NCBI RefSeq assembly: GCF_009914755.1
Contig: NC_060930.1
Reading direction: 5' to 3' (one strand)
Length of the DNA stretch: 64,000 nt
Source of the DNA: the human T2T-CHM13v2.0 reference genome, Homo sapiens
A program made the position numbers and the translations under genes. Of this stretch, positions 1-11,812 are shown piece by piece (positions within the stretch are counted from its first letter, which is position 1; each line of letters starts with the position of its first letter). The notes under the pieces were generated by a model, which saw only the letters and a list, made by a program, of their open reading frames with translations, made no database searches and was not told the DNA's origin.

Positions 1-611
1 ATAAAGGCTTCTGGGATAACAACCCAGAAGAAAACCAGTTCAAGGATTCTCACAGATTAAGAAAGAAAGTATCTCCATGTTCTAACAAAAAATCTCCCAG
101 AGATAACAATGGGACTAACCTTATATCCATTTCTTTTCTATGCTGATACTTCATGTCACAATTTACCTATTCTTTATTTTAAATTCTGATACATTGTGTT
201 GTAGCTGTTACCAAGTTATTTAATATATTTTCATATAGTCCCAGATTTTAGCTTTTAAAGGGTTCAACATTGTCTTTACTTCTCTGGTTTTCCTCTGTAC
301 TTAGTGCAAAATGGGTACAAAAGTGTGTTGGTTTATCTGCTAACAGTGGTGCTGGAAACACACTTAGAACTAGAATGCGCTTTCATAAAAAGCTTCATTT
401 CTGTCAATCCTCCGTTTTCCCTTATGACAGGAAGAAATGCAAACAGCTCCAGCTTCCTAGGCAACAGAACATGCCTGCTACTCAGGAATACTCATTAATG
501 AATCCAACTAAAGAGCCTATTAAAGATCTGTGTCCACTGGCTTGTCCACATTAGACCCCATGTCACTCTGCCACCTCCAGATCAATAAGCCCATGAGTCC
601 CACAGAGCTCC

Positions 612-820
612 ATTGGGCTAAGTATTTTCCATATACTGTCTTATCTAACCTTCACAACCACCTTGGGAGATAGGTGTGCTTATCATCCCCATTTACAGAA
701 AAGGCAACTAAGTCTCAGAGGGGTTGAGTGACTTGCCCAGGGTCACGGAGCCTGAAAGTGGCAGAGGAAGAGTGAGACACAGGTGTCCAGTGCCCAGCCT
801 GAGGCTCCTTTGCCACAGCG
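612..820 (-). mobile_element. MIR SINE
   Basis: Reverse-complement MIR core: atccccatttacagaaaaggcaactaag...gtgacttgcccagggtcac. Confidence 0.85.
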
Positions 821-1862
821 AGCTAACCACTTTGTCCACCCCTCTGGCTCTGTACTGGTCAACAGGGATAAAGGAGAATGATCCTCTGCACTTCAGCAAT
901 GTGTAGAATTAAGTGTATAGCATAATCAAAGAGCGATTGTCCATAAAACCCAAGAATTCTTAGGTTTCCTCATTATGAGATGACCCCTGTAGGTAATAAA
1001 GAATGAAAGAGTGTTACATCCATTCTCCTCATGCTCTCCTTAACATTTAATCCTGAGCAAAATTCAAGAAACAAACAACATTAAAAACTGTCCCTTTAAA
1101 CTTTTAAATTGAGTCACTTCTCAGTGAGAAGTAACCCTTCACTTTTTCATTTCAAACGGTTCATTCAGAGCATGATCAGATGTGTGGATTTCAGTGGCCA
1201 CATTTGATGGCAAGGCCCCACGGCTTCAGGAGTCTAAATGTGCGTGAGGTGACACAAAGTGATTAACCACAACTAATCAATCTGTTAGTACACGCTATTG
1301 CTTTTCAAGTCATCTGCAAATGCCTATTTTTGCTTTAAGGCTAGCTAAGTTATTTATACTTTCATTTTGCTTTTCTGATGGGAGAAAAAGTAAAGGAGTG
1401 CGTCTAACTGTGCTACATGAATTCCATACACAGGGTTTGTTTTTGCCTACACCACCCACCATCACTACCCCACCAACCTGGCCCTGCTCTCCTGCATGCT
1501 CCCCTCCAGGTGACTGTGGCCTCTCCACACTGCCCATGCTTCCCAGTTTCAAAATGCACAGCTGGCCTTACCACTGCTAACCAACCAGTGTGCCTTTCTT
1601 TTCTAGAAAGAACAACTCAGCCTCAGCATCAAGCTCTTCTTCACAGTGTTTATCTGTTCCTGGTTTGTCCTCTGCTATCCCTAAGTAGGTTGTTTCCAGC
1701 TGTTCCTGACCTTAGTAGTATACCTCATACAAAGGCTAGATTCAAAATAATATGGCAACCCAGAGAAGCAAGGCCTCACGGATTTAAAATGTCTTAGGGT
1801 ACCGTGTTCAACTTCATCATATGATTCAATCAATCACCTGATCTCATCTAAACCTTTAGTTG

Positions 1863-2010
1863 TGGTGGTTTCTCTATCTGTAGTACCCAGGCAAGCAATG
1901 TCACACTGACTGGGGTCGTGTTAGAAAGAACAATTCCCAGATCCCTGAACCAGCCTTCTGTGTCTTAACAGGGCCTGAGTGATTCTGATGCACACTAAAG
2001 GCTGAGAGTC
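1863..2010 (+). mobile_element. MER5A-like hAT MITE (internally deleted)
   Basis: gtggtttctc...gttagaaa...tgattctgatgcacactaaaggctgaga resembles the MER5A termini. Confidence 0.7.
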
Positions 2011-4039
2011 TGAAGTCTGTAAGCATCCAAAATTGCTGATGTTGACCACCACCACTGCCCCCCACCCCGAGTTCACACGTAATAAAATACGTCCCTCTCT
2101 CATCCTACTTCATGCAATCTACTAATCCTATTCTTTTACTCATGGCCTTCAATAATCAGGGACTGCAGCTGATAATTTGGGAAATTTTCCAATGCAGCCA
2201 ATTTGAAAAATTACTCTAACATTTACTTTGACCTAAGCATAAAAACATAAGGCCTGTGCCACCATCAGATTCCTCCTAATGGTTTATTCTCGAATTATAC
2301 GAATCTCTTAAAATTGAGGACAGCAGCCTATTAAAGTTGAATACAGTAAGGATAAACACACTTACAGTCCCACAATATGCAGAGAGCTCACATTTCCCCT
2401 GGACTAGGAAGAGAACTAATTTCTGATTATGCTTTGTGGCTGTGTACTTTCCCGCTATAGTGTCAACCATGTTTCCTTCTATCAGTTCACGGATCTCTCT
2501 CCTAAACCTGTTTTCTCTCTCAAACATTGTTTCAATGATAAATTCCTCCCATTAACTATGATTTGCCAAGTGGGCCTTCTATTGTCTTTTTGTGTCATAA
2601 TAAAATCTGCTCTTACAATTTCAAATACCACAAAAACATCTGCAGCTTATCTGGCAGTCCTAGGTTCTTGTTGCATCGATTTGCAAATCTCTCATCCTTC
2701 TTGTCTTCTGAAGTCTGCTAGTTCCTTAACAAGGGACACCTAAATGGAGATCTGCTTCTCTGCCTTTTCCAGTAACACTAACAGTACCAGGTGCTTGAGA
2801 ATGGTTGCCATCTACACATCCAAACTCGCCCTGTCACTGTCACTGGGTCCACCATCACTGCAGCGCATAGCCGTGCTCCCTCCTCCTCTGGACTAGACAC
2901 AGATGCTGCCTGTTAACACCACCCTCACCTCCAGTCTCAGCCCACCTTGTCCCCCTAAGAGTGGATCGCAACACTTGCGTGGTTTTGAGCATCACTTCTG
3001 ACATGCCTGACACGCCACCTCACTCTTCACAAGTGCAGCGATTTCTGCTCAGCTAGCTCATTTTCTAGGTTCACTCGATACACAACAACATCACTAATTC
3101 CTCTCTAGCCACCAAACATCTCTCAGCTCATCCCAAATATCTGAAACACGGTATGGGCATCTCTCTGCCAAGCTATTCCTTTTAACAGATATTAAGGCGT
3201 TAGGTTAATCTAGCCTGAATAAATATAGGTCTTTCTCTAAAACCAACACTTTGTACTATACATAACCTACTCTAAAACTCTCTGCTCCGTAGAATATGCA
3301 TTTCTTTCTCGATTATTACAGCAGCTTATGCATATGGACATACGTATACATATGTACTTTCATAATTCCATTTATTTTCATATAATTACAAAATGTAGCA
3401 TTAGCTCTTGGATAAGGGTACAGAAGGTGCTAAACATATCTACTGTTACTTCTTCAAGTCTAAAAGTCAAGGCTCTCAGATTATGAGTTAAAAGAAAATT
3501 AACTTTTTTTCTTCAAATAATGTTGGCATTTAGATGCCAAATTCTTTCCTGTTGTGTTTCCATTTGCCCCAATTACACATTTTTAAAACAACGTACCAAC
3601 AATTAGAATAAACAGATAATCCTAAAGTATTAATGTAAACATTCATAAAACAGATCAGAGCATACGGGCCACTGTAAAGGTTTTTTTTTTTTTCTGTATA
3701 GCATGAATTTATATACATGTATATATCTGAAAAACGTTCTTTAAAAAATTAAGTTGTACATACTTAGCACATCAAAATTAATATATAAAACTATTGTTTC
3801 TTTTAAGGAAAGGAGAAATGGTGAAGACAACGACAAAAGCAGCAAACCTAAAAGTTTCAGCTCCATAAAATATATGGTTGCCTATTAGAAAGGAAAACCT
3901 CCAGGTATAAATTTTTCATTCAAGTTTGCCAACAATCAGCTTGGTTTTTATTGTTCTCTGTAATTTCTGAATTAAGTGACTTCATGGTGAGTAGGACTTT
4001 CTTATGAAACACATTACATCATAAATTAACCCGAATCAT

Positions 4040-4330
4040 GTTACAGCTTCGCTTGCACAGGCTGCTGCGTTATCGGAGAATGTGGGAAGTGTGCACCACA
4101 GCTGAACACTGTGAGTGCAGGGGAGCCACCAGTGCTCACCAGCAGATAAACAGCACAATGGGTTGGCAGGCTCACAAGCCCAAAGACACATTCTTCCCCG
4201 GATTCTGATTTGTTATCTGCGTTTCAGTGGAAAACACACTCAGGAGGACGGCAGCAGAGGAAGCATGTGGCCGCTGCATGCGAGCAACCCCACCAGCCTG
4301 CGCCCGCTTCCCATTGAGTCACCCACCTCA
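4040..4330. promoter_or_regulatory. Candidate enhancer
   Basis: Unique, GC/CpG-enriched patch with GATA sites (4144-4149, 4213-4218), E-box CAGCTG near 4099, GAGGAAG near 4258 and AP-1 TGAGTCA at 4315-4321. Confidence 0.3.
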
Positions 4331-4795
4331 TAGCCTTTCTCCAGCAGGAACTCAGCCAGGTAGGAACCATCCTGGGGAGAAAGAAAAAATTGCAAAACGT
4401 CAGTCTCATAGTGGTATAGAAAGGTGGTCTAGATGAAGAGTTTTGAGAAAAGCATTTAAAAGGCTACCTAACTTAAGGACAATGGCAACCTAAAATAAAA
4501 ATAACACCAATAATGTCAATAAATACCACATGGTGTTCCACTATACACAAAGCATTTTCACAAACAGTATTCATTTGAGCTCCACAGAAGACAGAGGATG
4601 AAAATGAAATCCAGGAAAGTGATATGCATCAACAGACAGCATGAAGTTCCAGAATCAGATGGATTTGGGTTTAGGTTTTGCCACTTACCAGTTGTGTGAA
4701 ACATGCAGAATATGGGGGCAGAATGCCTTGGTGTCATAGCAACATAAAGCAGAAATCTTAGTAATTCTGGGGGGTCATTAAACAAGATCACTGGG

Positions 4796-5505
<710 letters not shown>

Positions 5506-6271
5506 TATTATGCACACATACAAATGAACTTTTAAAAAAAGAAGATATTCTCTTTTTTTATAAAATCGTATTTCCTTTGTATTAATCTTAAATCATATAG
5601 CTAATTCCTGCCTTAAAATGAAGGTGTCTGACAAAATACAGAGATTCTCAACTGGTTCTTAATAATTATTTTTAAAATTTCTGGGTAGGGGTCTTCATTT
5701 GACCTAAAATATTTCATGTGCCACTTTTAGAGGGAAAGTATGAGAGACATATAATTAAACTATTTAATAGGTCAAAAGTTCAAAAATCACCATTCTGTAG
5801 GTGCTATAAAAAGTCACCAGCCTCTCTCAGAAAATAAATTGGTTAGACATTTTGCAGTCGATCCCATAACTGCTCCTCTGCTTTCTGCCCAACTAGAGGG
5901 TCCCCATCCATCTCATTCAGACGAAAAGATAAAAATGGGAAGCTCCAACCACTGGAAATTCGTGTCCTCAGAAGTGGTTGGGGACGTTTGGGTTTTCTTC
6001 GGTTTCTTCAATTTGAACAGGCTTTAAATATCCCTTAGAGCTTCAAAAGCTCCTACCAGATATTCCAGGGGGAAAAAAAAACAAAAAACCTTTTTCTTAT
6101 TACTTGACCAAAAGCTGGAATTGGAAACACCCTATGGGTCCTGAAAATGAAAGGACTGCCAAGTGTGTGTTTACTACATTAATGCAGAAGTCATGCATAA
6201 ATTCAGGCAGAATGACAAGGCAAAGCATACAAGGGACACATTCTGTGGTTCATTAAAACCTAGAGCAGATT

Positions 6272-6571
6272 TTCTTCTTCTTCTTCTTTTTTAAGATGGA
6301 GTCTCGCTCTTTCACCCAGGCCGGAGTGCAGTGCTGTTATCGTGGCTCACTGCAACCTCTGCCTCCGGGTTCAAGCGATTCTCGTGCCTCAGCCTCCCAA
6401 ATAGCTGGGATTACAGGTGCGTGCCACCACCCCTAGCTAATATTCATATTTTTAGTAGAGACGGGTTTTCACCATGTTGGCCAGGCTGATCTGGAACTCT
6501 AGACCTCACGTGATCTGCCTGCCTGGGCCTCCCAAAGGCTGAGATTCAGGCGTTAGCCACCATGCCAGGGC
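6272..6571 (-). mobile_element. AluS
   Basis: Full dimer with (CTT)n-modified tail; flanking direct repeat agcagattttcttc. Confidence 0.95.
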
Positions 6572-7177
6572 TAAAATCTCCAGCAGATTTTCTTCTGACT
6601 TCTTGAGGTAAATATTCTAGTTTATAGATTCATGTGCAGAAGAGAAAATGTTTGGCATATTCTTTTTTAATCCCATTCTTACAATTCTTACCGTTTTTAC
6701 ATATCTAAAATATATGTCAGATAATGACACTGACCATTATCTAAGTTAGATAATGACACTGACCAATTCAGACCATGACAAGCCAAGTCGGGCTACACAA
6801 CCACTGAAAATGTTATTATAGGATAATCAATATCCCTATAAATCAATCAATGAGAAAACAGCTTAATAGAAAAATATTTGCAATAAGACTAATAATTTGG
6901 CAGTAGGTTGGAAAGCCCTGTAAAGTATGAAGTTTGGACTTTGTTTTGCTATTATTGTTTTGAAGCAGGCAACACTATACTTCTAATCATTCTCTTGGAA
7001 TAAAAAGTTTGAATGCTTTGTGTTCTACCATAGCTACATTAAATGTTTAAAAAAAAAAGCCAGAGGTAAACGTGCTAGAGATCCCTGAGGTGGCAAGAGC
7101 TGTGATTATTTAGAGAGCTGATGTGAAACAGACCTGACCAGGACTGAACCCTGTCAATAAGGTCTTGTTCTTCTCAC

Positions 7178-7562
7178 CCAGGCTGCTTCTCAGACTTTCC
7201 AACCACACTGGAACATTCTGAACCAGTAGTGGCACCGGCTTCCTCCTCACTTCCTTGCCAGGCCTCTCGAGTGATAGGGCCTGGGCCGCACAATGAGTGG
7301 GAAACGAGCCGAGCGAGGGCTCCTGGTCCCCAGCCCAGGGGGCCCAGCTGGCCGCCCCCTCGTCCTTTCCCCAGGCCCCTGGGGGACTCCAGGAGAGACG
7401 TGGTATCTGAGCAGGCAGACGTCCGCCAAGCCAACAGGATGGTGGTTTCCGCCTCCTCTTGAAGCACAGAGCTGATAAAGAATGCTCCAATCAGACTAAT
7501 GACTGAAATGTCACAGCAAATGAGAACCTACAACCACCATTAAGTTCTGACGCTTGACTCCT
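7178..7562 (-). promoter_or_regulatory. GC-rich element, possible alternative promoter or non-coding exon
   Basis: CpG-retaining patch with GC box (~7350-7361), ETS cacttcct (~7248), CCAAT (~7487); - strand donor TGG|GTGAGA at 7178 and acceptor tgtttgttccttgtttcag| at 7562. Confidence 0.3.
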
Positions 7563-7814
7563 CTGAAACAAGGAACAAACAGACTAAATCTGTAACTCAT
7601 TCAGTATGAACACAATTATTCTGGTATAAAGTCCTGCCTAGGTTCAATCCTTGTTACAGAAAACTCTTTAGTTGTAAAGATAATGTCCCAATATGACCCT
7701 TTTAAGTTTAATTTTACACGTGGGCTATTAAGGGTATCTATTTTATATTAAATGCCATACTATTTTGAGCAATCACCATGGCTTTAACATTTTCAAGACA
7801 CAGAAATATTTTCC

Positions 7815-8101
<287 letters not shown>

Positions 8102-8102
8102 C

Positions 8103-8240
8103 CATCCTACTCTCGCAAGAACTAAGCTAGGAAGGTGGGCAGATATTTGGCATCTCGGGTAACTGAGGCACAGGGGGGTTAGCCAACTTTTCTAATATCA
8201 CACTAGTTACAGACAAAGCCAGGACTAGAATCCTAGCCAC
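8103..8240 (-). mobile_element. MIR fragment
   Basis: taactgaggcacagg...aagccaggactagaatcc. Confidence 0.6.
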
Positions 8241-9547
8241 CCACTGTTTTGAAGTAGAAAATAATCTCCTTCCTCCCACTCCTCTACCTGGCACCAAAAC
8301 ATGTCAAAACCCAACAAAATAATAAGAGACCATAAAAGATACATTTTCAAACCAAGTTGATGTAGTCATTTTCCATTACAGGGTATTTTATGGATGAAAC
8401 AGTGCTTCCAGTTCTAATCAAGTGACCCAAATGCAGAGAAGTCATGTAATTTTAGAACACTCCAGAGCTCAGAGGAGGGAGAAAGGATACAGCACCTGAG
8501 ATTTTCCCGGTCTGGGTTTTTGGGGGACTGGCACTGCCCATGCAGTTGTTCAGTGTTGTTTGGAGGTGGATTTAGATTGCTGGTGGTTGTAGGTCCAGCT
8601 TTGGGGCCAAAGGGCAGGGCACCAGGGTCCCATGGGGCCAGGTTTCAGTGTTCCTGACGCCTATCCTGTTCTTCCGAGGGGATGGACCCTCACTTTTCAT
8701 GAAGTACTCAGAAATGTTCCAGACAGAGTTATGTAAAAATTAAAGACCAATTCCAGAAATTCACAGAATCATGTTTTGACTACAGTATGACAACTACCTA
8801 AAATTCCACAACTATGAAAAGCTGAAAGAAACACAGAAAGTTTCTGTGTTTCTCAATGACCACAGATGGCTAAAAAAAAGACTGATCTCACATCCACACA
8901 TCCCCCACACACACCCCATCCCAACACCTATGTACGAGGGCAAGCCATCCTCCCGCAACACAGGAAGACTAGCATTTTTCTCCTCTCTTCCAATACAGAT
9001 GAATAAGTAGCCCAGACAGACAAACGAAAAGGGAACTTTCTTACATGCAATGTGAGAACCTGGCCCCTCTGAACTGCATGCTAAATCATACTGTATGTTT
9101 CTACTTAAGCACCCTGTGGCGGCTTCTTTGAACAGGATACGGTCATGGTACTGGGCTAAAGAAACCACACCACTAATAAAACGAATCTCTTTGTTTAGAT
9201 CATCTCAGGCATCAGGAAATAGAATAACCCCTTCTGCAAGAAGAGAAAGCACTCGTTTGCACTGCCTTTTTATGTTCTTTAACTCCATGTTGTCTAATTA
9301 CTCCTAAGGCATCTTCCCAGCTAATCGGAATTACAATATCAAGGTAATCTGTGCCTCCAATAAGCAAAACACAAACACTTCAATGATTAACAAATGATGC
9401 TGTTTTGAATGAGAATGAAAACTTCCAATGATTTAACCACTGCTGTGAAGAATACGGAGACAGAATATAATAGAAAGGTGTTTATACCTAGGTCATGTTT
9501 GTAACACAAATCATTGGACAAAATCTCTGTCAGACTCACAAAATTCA

Positions 9548-9715
9548 AAAGACCATGGGGATTAATTAATCCAACCCTCTCATTTTACAGATCAGGAAAT
9601 GGAGATTCAAAGCAGGTAAATGTTTATTGTACAGTCACAGTTAGGAAGTAGCAGAACCTGCAACCAAAAAATAAAAATGAAAACCAGGTCTCTGGACTCC
9701 CAGACCTCAGAATTT
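9548..9715 (-). mobile_element. MIR3/MIRc
   Basis: tccaaccctctcattttacagatcaggaaatggag...ccaggtctctggactcccag. Confidence 0.75.
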
Positions 9716-11080
9716 TGCACTAAAAAATACCGGGGAAATATCTAAAATGAAGAGGCTGGACTAATGACTACAATTGAGAACCCGGTAAAACAGACAAATG
9801 GAATTACCAAAGTGAAGAACAAAAATAGAGCCAATAATTATCAATAGAGCAATAATTAACTAATTAGTAGAAAGGAAATGAGGATACCATCAATATTTAA
9901 AACACAGAAATAACTCCCATCTCCTATAGTCTTCAAAGGTGAAAAATATTTCCCCATAAAAGCTGCTGTCACCAAAGAACCAACTTTCCCTTCCTTTGAT
10001 TTACCTCCTGATACAGAGAAGCACTGCAATCCAGCAACATGATCAATAACCTCTGAATAATGAAGAATCGTTTATGTCCAGCAGCTAAGATACTCTTTAC
10101 ATAGCCACCCCTTCCCTCCTTTCAAGGGCAATAGCCTCGCAAACAGGTGCTCAGTGGTTGCACATACACCTCAAACCCATCAAGAAAAGAGAGCCGCTCT
10201 GTGGCCAGACACAATACCTTCTAGTATTGGGTGATGAGTGTAAGGCTAACCAAGTATCAGCATTTCAGAAAGAGGCCAGAGGCTTTCAATCATCCTTGAT
10301 ATTGGTCTACCATGGCACAGAATTCTCTCCCCCAAAACACACTCAGTTTCAGTACATTGCAATGTTATGTTATGTCCATGATTAGTTTGATAAGAAAAAA
10401 AAGATTTACATATAAAAAATATCAAACAGGGAAGAAATGCCCTAAAAGATTAATTTAAAAAAAAAACTTTCCCCAATGTGATAGGTTTTTAAAAAATGGT
10501 ACAGACGTGTTTTTTCATTTTTTGACTGGTAGTAACACTACAGAGTTTTTGGTGTTTGTGGCCTTAATTTTTTTTTCAGGGAATTATATATACACTTTAC
10601 CTATTTTTCTAGTAGGCTGTGTTTTACCAATTGGTTTGTTCTTGGAAGTATCAAGAACATGTACAAAATTGACTAATTTTCACCTCCAATAAAAGCCACT
10701 CAAAAACTGATATTTTGAAGCAGGCTAGCAAATCTTCAGTCTCTTTTATATTGCAAATGATTATTGTAAACCCTTAGTATAATATTAGAGCAAGGAAGAA
10801 CGCAAATACAATGTGAACTCAGGAATTCACATCTTTGCACAACCCAACATGTGTAATAATACTACTTTCAACATACTAAAATAATTTTCTATAATTTAGG
10901 CAAACTCTATAAGAAAAATGAGACTAAAGGGTTTAAAACAAGCAGGTACAAAGGAAGCAACTGTTGGTAAGGTATAGAAAGATTAATTTTTAATTAAATG
11001 ATTAGGAGAAAAACAGCACACACACACACAGATACTCCAATAAATACAGTCCCAGAAATGCTGGAGAAGCCTCAAAGGGA

Positions 11081-11300
11081 CAACCAGTCCCCAACTTACG
11101 ATGGATCCACCTACAATTCTTCAACTCTATGATGGTATGAAAACGGTACACATTCAGTACACTCCTCAACTTACAATGGAGTCCAAGATAAACCCATAAT
11201 ACATTGAAGATACTGTAAATCAAAAATGTACTTTTGATATTTTCAACATACGAAGGATTTATAGGGACAGACCCCCACTGTAAGTTAAAGAACATCTGTA
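11081..11300. mobile_element. MER47-like Tigger-family MITE
   Basis: ccccaacttacgatgg...ctcctcaacttacaatgg...gataaacccat...gtaagttaaagaacatctgta terminus. Confidence 0.75.
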
Positions 11301-11599
11301 AATCCAAAGGCATCTATTAACAGCCTACGTGTGTGCTAGGTGGTACATAATATATAGATACAGCAAGGGTGAGTCCACCTGCTCATCACTACGTGAATAC
11401 AAGCATGCCCAAGGCATACAGTATCTCACTGGTTTTCCTTTTTTTTTTTTTTCTTAACGTAAGCTCCTTTTATTTGAACCTCTATTTTCCTCTCCCTCCC
11501 TCCATCCCATTCTTGCCACTCATACTGAAGTTTTCATCCATCAGAGAAAAAAAAATCTTCATATGGCCTACTATCACTACAAATGATGACAGCAGTACT

Positions 11600-11812
11600 A
11601 AGAAGGATAGTGAGCACTTGTACAGCACTTGGTATATGCCCAGTATGCACTAAGTGCTCTGCATTCAGTATCTTTTTAACTCTTCATAATAACCCCATGT
11701 CATTGGTACTGTTTTCATCTCGATTTTACAGATGAGGAATCTGAGGTGAATTGAGAGGTAATAGCTCAGGGTCTAATAGTTAGTAGGTAGAACAAGGATT
11801 TAAACTATGTCT
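11600..11812 (-). mobile_element. MIR
   Basis: attttacagatgaggaatctgagg core with flanking MIR sequence. Confidence 0.8.

Noticed and set aside
7345-7365. Second CTCF-like core AGGGGGCG
   Set aside because: The upstream conserved C positions mismatch; it is better explained as a GC box
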